The notes below the pieces were generated by a model. It had not been told where the DNA came from, searched no databases, and saw only the letters and a list, made by a program, of their open reading frames with translations. Made by a program: the position numbers and the translations under genes. A stretch of 64,000 nt of DNA from an uncultured Mediterraneibacter sp. (lineage in GTDB: Bacteria; Bacillota; Clostridia; Lachnospirales; Lachnospiraceae). The stretch spans positions 2,194 through 66,193 of the forward strand of contig CALWQS010000002.1 in assembly GCA_944383745.1 (NCBI GenBank). The letters run 5' to 3'. Below, one piece after another: positions 38,773 through 49,492 of the stretch (position 1 is its first letter; each line of letters starts with the position of its first letter).

Positions 38773-41388
38773 ATGAGAGAAAAAATTGTTCTGATCGACG
38801 GCCACAGCATACTGAACCGCGCGTTCTACGGAGTGCCTGACCTGACCAATTCGGAAGGGCTGCACACGAACGCGGTCTATGGTTTCCTGAATATTATGTT
38901 CAAAGTCCTGGACGAGGAGAAGCCGGAATACCTGACCGTCACATTCGACGTACATGCGCCCACATTCCGCCACAAGATGTTTGCCGACTATAAGGGCACG
39001 AGGAAACCAATGGCAGAAGAACTGCGGCAGCAGGTTCCTGTCATAAAGGACGTCTTAAAGGCAATGAAGATTGAGATCATAGAAAAGGAAGGCCTTGAGG
39101 CGGACGACCTCCTCGGGACGATCTCCTGCATGTGCGAGGAGAAGGGGATGGATGTATCCATTATCTCGGGGGACAGGGACACGCTCCAGCTTGCCACAGA
39201 GCACGTGAAGATCCGTATCCCGAAGACGAAGCAGGGAAGGACCGAGGTGGAGGATTACAATGCCGCGGATGTGGAAGAAAAATACGGCGTGACACCGAAA
39301 GAGTTCATCGACGTCAAGGCGCTGATGGGCGACGCGTCGGACAATATCCCGGGAGTGCCCGGTGTTGGAGAGAAGACAGCGACGAAGATCATACAGCAGT
39401 ACAAGTCGATCGAGAACGCCTATGAACATGCGGATGAGCTGAAGCCTCCGAGAGCCAGCAAGAATCTGAAGGAGTTCTGGGAACAGGCGAAGATGAGCAA
39501 GACTCTGGCGACGATCGAGACTCATGCGGACATTGCCTTTGACGTTGAGAAGGCAAAGCTGGGAGAACTCTACACGAAGGAAGCGTATGAGCTCTTCCAG
39601 CGGCTCCAGTTTAAAAACATGCTGGGCAGGTTCGAGGCGGGGATCTCAGCCAATGAGATCGAGCAAAATTTCAGGGAAGTTACAGAACGCGCAGAGATCG
39701 AGAAGGTGTTCGCAGAAGCGCGGCAGGCAGAAACCGCAGGCGCGGCGTTTTCAAGAGATCCGGGGAATGTGCTTCCGCTGTTCGCCCATCCCTCCGGTTT
39801 TGGGAGAATCGCGGTTGCATACGGAACGGACAAGATCTTTTCTATCCCCTGCGATATGGACACAGATATGGAGTATCTCTTCGGGGAGCTGTCCCGTCTG
39901 GCAGGGACGGTAAAGTGCTTTTCTATGTGCGGCCTGAAGGAGTACCTCTCTTACCTTCCGGACGCAGACAGCGGCAGCAGCTTTGATGTGATCGTGGCTG
40001 CATATCTCCTGAATCCGCTGAAGAGCGATTATGATTATGAGGATGTGGCGCGGGAGCAGCTGGGGCTTCTTATAGACGAGAATATGGGGCAGGCGGAAAG
40101 GGCGTGCTATGAAGCGTATACGGCATATGCCGCGGCGCCTGTCCTGAAGAAAAAGCTGGAAGAGACCGGCATGGACCGCCTTTTCAGGGAGATTGAGATG
40201 CCTCTTGTATTTACCCTCTATGACATGGAGCAGGCCGGCGTCAAGGTGGAGGCGGAAGCGCTGAAAGCCTATGGGGACCAGCTAGGCACACGGATCGTGG
40301 AGCTGGAGAAAGAGATCTATGAGATGGCGGGGGAAGAGTTCAACATCAATTCCCCCAAGCAGCTCGGCGTAATTCTCTTTGAAAAGCTCGGGATGCCTCA
40401 TGCGAAGAAGACGAAGACAGGATATTCAACGGCTGCGGATGTGCTGGACAAGCTGGCTCCTGATTACCCGGTCGTTGCGAAGATACTTGAATACCGTCAG
40501 CTCACGAAATTGAAATCCACCTATGCGGACGGGCTTGCCGGGTTCATCGGATCGGACGGGCGCATCCACGGGAAGTTCAACCAGACGATCACGGCGACGG
40601 GAAGGATCAGCAGCACAGAGCCGAATCTCCAGAATATTCCGGTCAGAATGGAGCTGGGCAGGCTGATCCGCAAGGTGTTCGTCCCGAAGGCGGGCTGCGT
40701 ATTCGTGGACGCGGATTATTCACAGATCGAACTGCGCATCCTCGCCCACTGCTCCGGGGATGAGCAGCTGATCCAGGCGTACAGGGAGGCGAAGGACATC
40801 CACCGCATGACAGCCTCCCAGGTATTCCACACGCCATTCGACGAGGTCACTGACCTGCAGCGGAGAAATGCCAAGGCAGTCAACTTTGGCATCGTGTACG
40901 GCATCAGCTCCTTCGGGCTGAGCCAGGATCTCAGCATCACCCGCAAGGAGGCGGCGCAGTACATTGAACATTATTTCGAGACTTATCCGGGCATCAAGAG
41001 ATTTCTTGACGATGCAGTGGCGCACGCGAAAGAGAAAGGATATGCGGTTACTCTGTTCGGAAGACGCAGACCTGTCCCTGAGCTGAAATCAAGCAATTTT
41101 ATGCAGCGCAGCTTCGGCGAGCGCGTGGCCATGAACGCGCCGATCCAGGGAACCGCGGCGGACATTATCAAGATAGCCATGATCGGGGTGAACGGTGAGC
41201 TGAAGAAAAGAAATATGAAGTCGCGCCTGATCCTCCAGGTCCACGACGAGCTTCTGATCGAGGCGGATGAGTCGGAGGAAGAAGAGGTAAAAGCGATCCT
41301 GAAGGAGCAGATGGAGCATGCGGCAGAGCTGTCGGTTCCTCTGATCGCAGATATGCATACAGGGCACAGCTGGTATGAGGCGAAGTGA
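38773..41388 (+). CDS. polA: DNA polymerase I
   Basis: 5'-3' exonuclease motifs (LIDGHS, EADD, GDASDNIPG) and polymerase motifs (DYSQIELR, KAVNFGIVYG, QVHDEL). Confidence 0.97.
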   Translation: MREKIVLIDGHSILNRAFYGVPDLTNSEGLHTNAVYGFLNIMFKVLDEEKPEYLTVTFDVHAPTFRHKMFADYKGTRKPMAEELRQQVPVIKDVLKAMKIEIIEKEGLEADDLLGTISCMCEEKGMDVSIISGDRDTLQLATEHVKIRIPKTKQGRTEVEDYNAADVEEKYGVTPKEFIDVKALMGDASDNIPGVPGVGEKTATKIIQQYKSIENAYEHADELKPPRASKNLKEFWEQAKMSKTLATIETHADIAFDVEKAKLGELYTKEAYELFQRLQFKNMLGRFEAGISANEIEQNFREVTERAEIEKVFAEARQAETAGAAFSRDPGNVLPLFAHPSGFGRIAVAYGTDKIFSIPCDMDTDMEYLFGELSRLAGTVKCFSMCGLKEYLSYLPDADSGSSFDVIVAAYLLNPLKSDYDYEDVAREQLGLLIDENMGQAERACYEAYTAYAAAPVLKKKLEETGMDRLFREIEMPLVFTLYDMEQAGVKVEAEALKAYGDQLGTRIVELEKEIYEMAGEEFNINSPKQLGVILFEKLGMPHAKKTKTGYSTAADVLDKLAPDYPVVAKILEYRQLTKLKSTYADGLAGFIGSDGRIHGKFNQTITATGRISSTEPNLQNIPVRMELGRLIRKVFVPKAGCVFVDADYSQIELRILAHCSGDEQLIQAYREAKDIHRMTASQVFHTPFDEVTDLQRRNAKAVNFGIVYGISSFGLSQDLSITRKEAAQYIEHYFETYPGIKRFLDDAVAHAKEKGYAVTLFGRRRPVPELKSSNFMQRSFGERVAMNAPIQGTAADIIKIAMIGVNGELKKRNMKSRLILQVHDELLIEADESEEEEVKAILKEQMEHAAELSVPLIADMHTGHSWYEAK

Positions 41389-41392
41389 CAGG

Positions 41393-41977
41393 ATGAAGGT
41401 GCTTGGGATTACAGGGGGCGTAGGCTCCGGGAAAAGTGAGATATTAAAGTATTTAAAAGAAGAGTACGGCGCGGCGGTATGTCAGATGGACGAGACGGCG
41501 AGGGAACTGCAGCGGAAAGGGACGGAATGCTTCCGGAAGATTGCGGAGGCGTTCGGCTCCGGGATCGTCGGCGGAGACGGAGAACTCGACAGGAGGAAGC
41601 TGGGAGCGCGTGTTTTCTCTGATCCGCAGGAGCTGAGGCGGCTGAACAGCATCGTCCATCCGGAGGTGCTCCGGCGTGTGAGGGAGGATATTGAAGCGCA
41701 CGAGGCGGCAGGGGAGAAGCTCTACGTCCTGGAGGCGGCCCTCCTGCCGGAAGTGGGGCGGGAGCTCTGCGATGAGCTCTGGTATATCTATGTGCCGGAA
41801 AACGTGCGGAGGGAGAGGCTGAAGGCCTCCCGGCAGTACACTGACGGGAAGATTACGGACATGATCGCGTCGCAGCCTTCGGAGGAAGCCTTCCGGGAGG
41901 CGTGCACCGCAGTCATTGACAATGGCGGTCCGTTTGAAAATACACAGAGACAAATAGGAGAGAAATTAAGATTATGA
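41393..41977 (+). CDS. coaE: Dephospho-CoA kinase
   Basis: GITGGVGSGKS, LDRRKLG and IVHP motifs; follows polA. Confidence 0.93.
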   Translation: MKVLGITGGVGSGKSEILKYLKEEYGAAVCQMDETARELQRKGTECFRKIAEAFGSGIVGGDGELDRRKLGARVFSDPQELRRLNSIVHPEVLRRVREDIEAHEAAGEKLYVLEAALLPEVGRELCDELWYIYVPENVRRERLKASRQYTDGKITDMIASQPSEEAFREACTAVIDNGGPFENTQRQIGEKLRL

Positions 41978-42771
41978 GAATGTGCAGCATTGCCAGCGGA
42001 AGCAGCGGCAACTGTATCTATGTGGGGAGCGATGACACGCATCTGCTCGTGGATACAGGGATCAGTAAGAAAAGGATAGAAGAAGGACTGCGCGAGCTTG
42101 AGATCAAAGGGGACGAACTGAGCGGCATACTGGTTACCCACGAGCATTCCGACCATATTCAGGGACTCGGCGTGTTCAGCAGGAAGTACGGGATCCCGAT
42201 CTATGCGACGCCGGGGACAATCGAGGGAATCCGGAACTGTTCGGGACTCGGAAAGCTCCCTGACGGGCTGCTCCATCCGATACATACAGACGAGCCGTTT
42301 GTGCTCGGCGATATCACGGTCAATCCCTTCCGCATCTCCCACGACGCCAATGAGCCGGCGGGATACCGCCTGAACTGCGGGACAAAGTCTGTCGCCGTCG
42401 CCACGGATCTTGGGAAATATGATGCGTATACGGTTTCCGCCCTTGAGAATCTGGACGCGGTTCTCCTCGAGGCGAACCATGATATCCATATGCTGGAGGT
42501 GGGTGCTTATCCCTACTATCTGAAGCAGCGCATCCTGGGAGAAAAAGGGCATCTGTCAAATGAATTGTCAGGACAGCTCCTTTGTGATATACTACATGAT
42601 AATTTGAAACACATCGTCCTTGGGCATCTGAGCAAAGAGAACAATTATGCAAGGCTTGCCTATGAGACGGTAAAGCTGGAGGTGACTCTGGCGGACAATG
42701 ACTATAAAGGCGAGGATCTGGACATGTTTGTCGCGAATCGGGATTCCGTTTCGGATATTATTACAGTCTGA
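41974..42771 (+). CDS. Metallo-beta-lactamase-fold hydrolase (YycJ/WalJ-like)
   Basis: SGSSGN, THEHSDH, LEANHD, GHLSN and HLSKENN motifs. Confidence 0.9.
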   Translation: MRMCSIASGSSGNCIYVGSDDTHLLVDTGISKKRIEEGLRELEIKGDELSGILVTHEHSDHIQGLGVFSRKYGIPIYATPGTIEGIRNCSGLGKLPDGLLHPIHTDEPFVLGDITVNPFRISHDANEPAGYRLNCGTKSVAVATDLGKYDAYTVSALENLDAVLLEANHDIHMLEVGAYPYYLKQRILGEKGHLSNELSGQLLCDILHDNLKHIVLGHLSKENNYARLAYETVKLEVTLADNDYKGEDLDMFVANRDSVSDIITV

Positions 42772-42799
42772 TCATTCCGGCTGAACAGGAGGAAAAAAG

Positions 42800-43072
42800 A
42801 TGAAGAAATGTATTGTTACAGTGCTTGGGAAAGACACGGTGGGCATTATTGCGAAGGTGTGCACCTATCTGGCGGAGAATGAGATCAACATTCTTGATAT
42901 TTCACAGACGATTGTACAGGGATATTTTAATATGATGATGATCGTGGATGTGACAGGGCTGAAGAAAGATTTTACCGCAGTGTGCGACGAGCTGGAGCAG
43001 CTTGGGCAGGAGATCGGTGTGAACATCCGCTGCCAGAGAGAAGAGATCTTTGAAAAAATGCACAGACTGTAA
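42800..43072 (+). CDS. ACT domain protein (UPF0237)
   Basis: VTVLGKDTVGIIAKV, NILDISQT and IFEKMHRL motifs. Confidence 0.9.
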   Translation: MKKCIVTVLGKDTVGIIAKVCTYLAENEINILDISQTIVQGYFNMMMIVDVTGLKKDFTAVCDELEQLGQEIGVNIRCQREEIFEKMHRL

Positions 43073-43171
43073 TATCAGTTAAAGAGCGCCGGCGGACCGG
43101 GCGCATGAGCCGCGGAGCAGCTGCCGGCGTAACTCTGAGATGAACAGTGAGAAGAATGTGAGGACAGAAAA

Positions 43172-44536
43172 ATGATAAATATGTATGAAGTGTCAGAGAC
43201 GAATAAGATGATCGAGCATGAAAACCTGGATGTGAGGACAATCACACTGGGGATCAGCCTGCTTGACTGTGTCGACTCTGATCTGAATGAACTGAACCGC
43301 AAGATCTATGAGAAAATTACGAAGCTGGCGGAGAATCTTGTCGCTACAGGGCAGGAGATCGAGAGGGAATTTGGAATCCCGATCGTAAATAAAAGGATTT
43401 CCGTGACGCCTGTCTCTCTTGTGGGAGGCGCTGCGTGCAGGACGCCTGAAGATTATGTAACGATCGCGAGGACTCTGGATAAGGCCGCGCACAAGGTCGG
43501 CGTGAACTTCATCGGCGGATACTCCGCCCTTGTTTCCAAGGCGATGACGAAGAGCGACGAGAATCTGATCCGGTCGATTCCCCAGGCGCTCGCGGAGACG
43601 GAGCGCATATGCAGCTCTGTAAACGTAGGTTCCACGAAGACAGGGATCAATATGGATGCGGTGCGCCTGTGCGGCGAGATCGTCAAGGCGACGGCAGAGG
43701 CGACAGCAGACAATGACTCGCTGGGATGTGCAAAGCTGGTGATTTTCTGCAATGCTCCGGATGACAATCCGTTCATGGCCGGGGCCTTCCTCGGCGTGAC
43801 CGAGGCGGATGCTGTGATAAATGTCGGGGTAAGCGGTCCGGGCGTTGTGAAGAAGGCACTGGAGAAGGTGCGCGGCAAAGGTTTTGAGGAGCTGTGTGAG
43901 ACGATTAAGAAGACTGCGTTCAAGGTTACCCGCGTGGGGCAGCTCGTCGCAGGCGAGGCGTCCTCGCGCATGGGCATTCCCTTCGGGATTGTAGACCTTT
44001 CCCTTGCTCCGACTCCGGCTGTAGGGGACAGCGTGGCTGAGATTCTGGAAGAGATCGGGCTGGAGCGAGTGGGCGCGCCGGGCACGACGGCGGCTCTTGC
44101 GATGCTTAACGACCAGGTGAAGAAGGGCGGCGTTATGGCTTCCTCCTATGTGGGAGGATTGAGCGGAGCATTTATCCCGGTCAGCGAGGACCAGGGGATG
44201 ATCGACGCGGTGAAAGCGGGCTCCCTCACGCTGGAGAAGCTTGAGGCCATGACATGTGTCTGCTCGGTGGGGCTTGACATGATCGCAATCCCCGGCAAGA
44301 CGGCAGCATCGACAATTTCAGGAATTATCGCGGACGAGATGGCGATTGGCATGGTGAACCAGAAGACGACGGCAGTCCGCCTCATTCCCGTGATCGGCAA
44401 AGACGTGGGCGATACGGCGGAGTTCGGAGGACTCCTCGGGTATGCGCCGATTATGCCGGTGAACGAGTTCGGGTGCGATGCGTTTATCAACAGAAAGGGA
44501 AGAATCCCCGCACCGATCCACAGTTTTAAAAATTAG
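43172..44536 (+). CDS. PFL-like family protein (UPF0210/DUF711)
   Basis: [28 protein letters not shown] and PAPIHS motifs; paired with the ACT gene. Confidence 0.9.
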   Translation: MINMYEVSETNKMIEHENLDVRTITLGISLLDCVDSDLNELNRKIYEKITKLAENLVATGQEIEREFGIPIVNKRISVTPVSLVGGAACRTPEDYVTIARTLDKAAHKVGVNFIGGYSALVSKAMTKSDENLIRSIPQALAETERICSSVNVGSTKTGINMDAVRLCGEIVKATAEATADNDSLGCAKLVIFCNAPDDNPFMAGAFLGVTEADAVINVGVSGPGVVKKALEKVRGKGFEELCETIKKTAFKVTRVGQLVAGEASSRMGIPFGIVDLSLAPTPAVGDSVAEILEEIGLERVGAPGTTAALAMLNDQVKKGGVMASSYVGGLSGAFIPVSEDQGMIDAVKAGSLTLEKLEAMTCVCSVGLDMIAIPGKTAASTISGIIADEMAIGMVNQKTTAVRLIPVIGKDVGDTAEFGGLLGYAPIMPVNEFGCDAFINRKGRIPAPIHSFKN

Positions 44537-44605
44537 AGAACAGATAAAAGGGATGAAACAGTAGAATGAATACGCCGGGATGACAGCGGCGGAACGGAGA
44601 GGTTT

Positions 44606-45463
44606 ATGAGGAAAACAGCGATCGTAACAGACAGTAACAGCGGAATTACCCAGAGAAGAGGAAGAGAACTGGGCATCTATGTGCTCCCGATGCCCTTCTT
44701 TATCGACGGCGAACTCTTTCTGGAAGATATTTCCCTGACACAGGAGCAGTTTTATGAGAGACTGGGAGCAGATTCGGAAATCTCAACATCCCAGCCGTCG
44801 CCGGGAGATGTGATGGAGCTGTGGGAAAAGCTTCTCAGAGAATACGATGAGATCGTCCATATCCCGATGTCCAGCGGGCTCAGCAGCAGCTGTGAGACGG
44901 CGCTGGCGATCGCGGCGGAATATGACGGGAGGATCCAGGTGGTGAACAACCAGAGGATATCCGTCACCCAGGAGCAGTCCGTCTATGACGCCTTGGCACT
45001 GAGGGATCGGGGGATGTCCGCCCGAGAGATACGAGAGGCGCTGGAGCGGGAAAAATTTCAGTCAAGCATCTATATTACGGTAGATACACTCAAGTACCTG
45101 AAGAAAGGCGGGAGAATCACACCGGCGGCAGCGGCAGTCGGGACTGTTCTGAATCTGAAGCCGGTGCTGCAGATCCAGGGAGAGAAGCTGGACGCTTTCG
45201 CAAAGGTCAGGGGATGGAAGGCTGCCAAGAAGGCGATGCTCAATGCGGTTGAGAGGGATCTCGCAGAGCGGTTCGCAGATGTGAAGGACGATATGATCCT
45301 GGGAATGGCGTATACCTGCAGCAGGGAGGAAGCCCAGACGTGGAAGAAGGAGATCCGGGAGCGGTTCCCGGGCTATGAGATGCTGGAGGGACCGCTTTCT
45401 CTGAGCGTTGCCTGCCACATCGGACCGGGGGCGATGGCGGTCACATGTATGAAAAAGATCTGA
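44606..45463 (+). CDS. DegV family fatty-acid binding protein
   Basis: IVTDS, TSQPS, SSGLSSS, YLKKGGRI and HIGPG motifs. Confidence 0.93.
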   Translation: MRKTAIVTDSNSGITQRRGRELGIYVLPMPFFIDGELFLEDISLTQEQFYERLGADSEISTSQPSPGDVMELWEKLLREYDEIVHIPMSSGLSSSCETALAIAAEYDGRIQVVNNQRISVTQEQSVYDALALRDRGMSAREIREALEREKFQSSIYITVDTLKYLKKGGRITPAAAAVGTVLNLKPVLQIQGEKLDAFAKVRGWKAAKKAMLNAVERDLAERFADVKDDMILGMAYTCSREEAQTWKKEIRERFPGYEMLEGPLSLSVACHIGPGAMAVTCMKKI

Positions 45464-45473
45464 ATCCACGGAT

Positions 45474-46760
45474 TCAGATCTTGATAACCGCCTGCTTATA
45501 TTCGTTTAGAAATGCTGTCTTGAATTTATCTGTCACGACAGAGGTATACAGGTTGGATGCCAGGATGTCATTCCTGAGCATCTGCTGTCCGAGCGGGGGA
45601 AGGCCGCTGCTCTCAGACAGTCTTGTGAGGACCGGGACGCGGCTCATCTCAGAAAAGAGTGAGAAGAGCTTCTCCCGGTCTTTCCTGAATCCGAGAAGGC
45701 GGGCGTAAAAATGCCTGCCGTTTTCAATATATTTCCGCACATCTTTTTTCTTGATCCCCAGCATAATGTGAAGGAGAGCCCGGCTGATCCTGGAGTATGT
45801 GATCTCCCGCGTTTTCAGGAGGTCACAGAACTGCATGTAATTGAAGAAGTTGTTGAGCTGAGAACAGATGCGGTTCGCCAGCTCCCCAGAGACATCCATA
45901 TAGCGCGTGAGATCTTCCGGCTGTTTGTTGAGCAGCTTGTATTTCAGGATCAGAGAAAAGTCGTTCTGGCAGACCGGGTACTGGACATTGTGATAGTCGC
46001 TGAGCAGTTCCAGGCAGCAGGCGGGGACCTGTTCGCCGAGCTCCGCGAGTATGCTGGAAAAAGGCATGTCTTCAAAGGTGCCTCCTGAGCGTTCCGCCCG
46101 CAGGGAAGAAGCTGAGTAGGCGAGCAGGGAACGGATGGCGGAAGCAGAGCTGTACTGCCCTGACAGAGATTTGTCGTGATAGTGCGCCCCCTGCCGGAGT
46201 ATCGTATAGGGAACCATGCGGCTGCCGAGCTTCTTCAGCGCCTTCAGGTATTCTATGCCGAGGATGTTGTTCGGATCGTCCAGCAGGGAGGCGAGAGCCT
46301 CGTTTCCGGTATACTCCGACAGCGCTTTCTGCCTTGCGGAGGGGTAGGAGCAGCCGCTGCGCAGGGCCTTCTTTAAAAGCTCCTGGTATCCGGCAGGTTC
46401 CTCCAGGAGGATGCCGGCGGTCTCCTGGAGAGCCTCCAGGTCATTGCTTTCGCTTCCGAAGCAGATCGAGTCCACTGCGCCGAGACTGTCCAGGAGGGAG
46501 ACGGCCCCCATTGCAAAAAATTCCGCGCTGCCTGAAGCGTAACATACAGGGAGCTCGAAGACTGCACCGGCGCCGCATTTTAAAGCCATCTCAGCGCGGA
46601 GACGCTTGGGCATGACCGCGGGAGTGCCGCGCTGGACATAATCCCCGCTCATGACGACGACAGCGGTATCAGCCCCGGCTGCGCGCTTTGCTTCTTCTAT
46701 ATGATATAAATGGCCGTTGTGGAACGGATTGTATTCTGTGATTAAACCGACAATTTTCAT
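45474..46760 (-). CDS. tmcAL: tRNA(Met) cytidine acetate ligase (YlbM)
   Basis: EYNPFHNGH, MSGDYVQRG, PNNILGIEY and SASAIR motifs. Start at ATG 46760. Confidence 0.88.
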   Translation of the reverse strand: MKIVGLITEYNPFHNGHLYHIEEAKRAAGADTAVVVMSGDYVQRGTPAVMPKRLRAEMALKCGAGAVFELPVCYASGSAEFFAMGAVSLLDSLGAVDSICFGSESNDLEALQETAGILLEEPAGYQELLKKALRSGCSYPSARQKALSEYTGNEALASLLDDPNNILGIEYLKALKKLGSRMVPYTILRQGAHYHDKSLSGQYSSASAIRSLLAYSASSLRAERSGGTFEDMPFSSILAELGEQVPACCLELLSDYHNVQYPVCQNDFSLILKYKLLNKQPEDLTRYMDVSGELANRICSQLNNFFNYMQFCDLLKTREITYSRISRALLHIMLGIKKKDVRKYIENGRHFYARLLGFRKDREKLFSLFSEMSRVPVLTRLSESSGLPPLGQQMLRNDILASNLYTSVVTDKFKTAFLNEYKQAVIKI

Positions 46761-46849
46761 TAGAATCTCCTTGTATAACATTTCCCTAACCATTATACTA
46801 TAAAAAGATGGATTCTAATAGAAAAAATATTATGAAGAGGGTGTAAGGC

Positions 46850-48202
46850 ATGGGCCAGGACAGAAAATTTGATGTAGAACAGATGACAGAGCTGCTGGAG
46901 GAACATAATTTCAAACAGCTGAAAGAAGAACTGGAGTCCATGCATCCCGTTGATATCGTCGATGCCCTGGACGAGCTGGACAAGAAGCAGAGAACACTGA
47001 TTTTCCGCCTGCTGGCGAAAGAAGAAGCGGCGGAAGTATTCACGGATATGGAAAGCGACATGCGAGAGGATCTGATCAATGCACTGACGGATTCTGAGCT
47101 CGAAGAAGTCATGGAAGAGATGTACGTGGACGATACGGTGGACGTGCTCGAAGAGATGCCGGCAAATGTGGTGGACCGTCTTCTCATGGCGACAGATGAG
47201 GACACGCGCAAGAAGATCAACGCGCTCCTTCAGTATCCGGAGGACAGCGCGGGGAGCATCATGAACGTCGAATATATCAGCCTTCGCAGAGAGATGACAG
47301 TGGCAGACGCCATCCTGAAGATCCGGCAGGTCGGCATTAACAAGGAGACGATCTATACCTGTTATGTCACCGAAAAGAAAAAGCTGATCGGCATGGTAGA
47401 CGTCAAGGATCTGCTGACGGCAGGAGAATCGAGAAAGATCGAAGAGATCATGGATGACAATGTCCTCTTTGCCCGGACGCTGGACGATCAGGAGTACGTG
47501 GCGAACATGATCAACAAATACGGTCTTGTGGCAATCCCGATTATCGACCACGAGGACTGCCTGGTCGGTATTGTAACGGTTGACGACGCCATGCTTGTCC
47601 TGCAGGATGAGACGACGGAAGATATCAGTATCATGGCCGGCGTCAGCCCGAATGAAGATTCTTATTTCGGGACGTCTGTCTTCCGGCATGCGAAGAACCG
47701 TTCCCTCTGGCTGATGCTCCTGATGCTCTCAGCGACGGTGACAGGAGAAATACTGGGCTATTATGAGGATGCCATGGCAGTGATGCCGGTACTGATCACA
47801 TTTATTCCCATGCTGATGGGAACAGGCGGAAACTGCGGATCGCAGAGTTCTACACTTGTGATCCGCGGGCTTGCCGTGGGCGAGATTGAGTTTAAGGATA
47901 TTTTCAGGGTCATTTTCAAGGAGATCCGCATCGCGCTGATTGTCGGGCTGCTTCTGTCAGCCGTCAACGGGATCCGGATCTACCTCATGTATGAACAGAA
48001 TCTCATGCTGGCGCTGGCTCTGGGCGTCACGATGATCGCGGTGGTTGCAATGGCGAAGTGCATCGGCTGTATTCTGCCGCTTTTGGCGAAGAAACTGGGG
48101 CTGGATCCGGCGATCATGGCGGCGCCGCTGATCACAACGATATTGGACACCTGCACAATCCTTGTGTACTTCAATATCGTGACAGCATTCTTCCATATAT
48201 AA
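46850..48202 (+). CDS. mgtE: Magnesium transporter MgtE
   Basis: Acidic N-domain, CBS pair, GGNCGSQ and DPAIMAAPLITTILD motifs. Confidence 0.95.
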   Translation: MGQDRKFDVEQMTELLEEHNFKQLKEELESMHPVDIVDALDELDKKQRTLIFRLLAKEEAAEVFTDMESDMREDLINALTDSELEEVMEEMYVDDTVDVLEEMPANVVDRLLMATDEDTRKKINALLQYPEDSAGSIMNVEYISLRREMTVADAILKIRQVGINKETIYTCYVTEKKKLIGMVDVKDLLTAGESRKIEEIMDDNVLFARTLDDQEYVANMINKYGLVAIPIIDHEDCLVGIVTVDDAMLVLQDETTEDISIMAGVSPNEDSYFGTSVFRHAKNRSLWLMLLMLSATVTGEILGYYEDAMAVMPVLITFIPMLMGTGGNCGSQSSTLVIRGLAVGEIEFKDIFRVIFKEIRIALIVGLLLSAVNGIRIYLMYEQNLMLALALGVTMIAVVAMAKCIGCILPLLAKKLGLDPAIMAAPLITTILDTCTILVYFNIVTAFFHI

Positions 48203-48228
48203 TAGGGAGAGACAGAAGATAAAAAAGA

Positions 48229-48246
48229 TTGTTATTTTTGTCACAA
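48229..48246 (+). promoter_or_regulatory. Candidate Rex operator upstream of pta
   Basis: TTGTTATTTTTGTCACAA versus the consensus TTGTGAAnnnnTTCACAA. Confidence 0.5.
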
Positions 48247-48381
48247 ACATAGAAAAAAAGTATATGAAATATGTCGATTGTATTTGAAAATGCACATGAA
48301 TTGTACTTGTATACAAAAAACCTTTGAGTTATAATAAGCATGGTTATCAAGTTATAAAAAATGAAAGGTGGCTTTTCAATC

Positions 48382-49380
48382 ATGGGATTTATTGATGAAA
48401 TCAAGGCTAGGGCAAAGGCGGATAAAAAGACGATCGTGCTTCCGGAGACAGAGGACGCGAGAACTTATAAGGCTGCGGAGACAGTCTTAAAAGAAGGAAT
48501 CGCTGACCTGATCCTGATCGGAAAAAAAGAGGATATCGAGAAGAACAAAGGCGCGTACGACATTTCAGGCGCACAGATCGTTGATCCGGCGACAAATGAC
48601 AAGACAGAAGCTTATATTGCGAAGCTTGTCGAGCTGAGACAGAAAAAAGGAATGACAGAAGAGCAGGCGAGAGAACTGCTTATGAGCAACTACATATATT
48701 ATGGCGTTATGATGGTGAAGATGGGAGACGCTGACGGAATGGTTTCCGGAGCGTGCCACTCCACGGCAGATACGCTCCGTCCGTGCCTTCAGATCCTGAA
48801 GACAAAACCGGGCACAAAGCTTGTATCCGCATTCTTCCTGATGGTGGTTCCGGACTGCGACATGGGCGCGAACGGAACATTTATCTTTGGCGATGCGGGA
48901 CTTGAGCAGAATCCGGATCCGGAGAAGCTTGCGAATATCGCGCTTTCCTCCGCGGAATCCTTCCGCACTCTGACGGGAAAAGAGCCGATCGTGGCAATGC
49001 TTTCTCATTCCACGAAGGGCAGCGCAAAGCATCCGGACGTAGATAAGGTAGTAGAGGCGACAAAGCTCGCACATGAGCTTGATCCGGAGCTGAAGCTTGA
49101 CGGAGAGCTGCAGCTGGATGCGGCGATCGTTCCGGAGGTAGGAGCGTCAAAGGCGCCGGGCAGCACTGTTGCAGGACATGCCAACGTACTGATTTTCCCG
49201 GATCTGGATGCGGGAAACATCGGCTACAAGCTGGTTCAGAGACTTGGAAAAGCAGAGGCTTACGGACCGCTTACACAGGGAATCGCAGCTCCGGTCAACG
49301 ATCTGTCGCGCGGATGCAGCGCAGAGGACATCGTCGGCGTTGTCGCGATCACATCTGTACAGGCTCAGGCGCAGGCTTAA
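48382..49380 (+). CDS. pta: Phosphate acetyltransferase
   Basis: IVLPE, DGELQLDAA, FPDLDAGNIGYK and NDLSRG motifs. Confidence 0.96.
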   Translation: MGFIDEIKARAKADKKTIVLPETEDARTYKAAETVLKEGIADLILIGKKEDIEKNKGAYDISGAQIVDPATNDKTEAYIAKLVELRQKKGMTEEQARELLMSNYIYYGVMMVKMGDADGMVSGACHSTADTLRPCLQILKTKPGTKLVSAFFLMVVPDCDMGANGTFIFGDAGLEQNPDPEKLANIALSSAESFRTLTGKEPIVAMLSHSTKGSAKHPDVDKVVEATKLAHELDPELKLDGELQLDAAIVPEVGASKAPGSTVAGHANVLIFPDLDAGNIGYKLVQRLGKAEAYGPLTQGIAAPVNDLSRGCSAEDIVGVVAITSVQAQAQA

Positions 49381-49492
49381 GAGAGCCGGAACGGCAGGAC
49401 AGAATATCAGGGCAGCAAAGAAGCAGAGCATTCAGGGGACGGTTACCGTCCCCTGCTCGGGATAGAATCAAAAGTTTTCGGGAGGAAAGAAA

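Noticed and set aside
43075-43170. GC-rich stem between the ACT and PFL-like genes as a riboswitch
   Set aside because: A single CGCCGGC/GCCGGCG stem inside an operon, with no known aptamer motif.
49432-49456. CAGGGGACGG-TTA-CCGTCCCCTG hairpin between pta and ackA
   Set aside because: An ordinary intercistronic stem with no second copy seen in the window.
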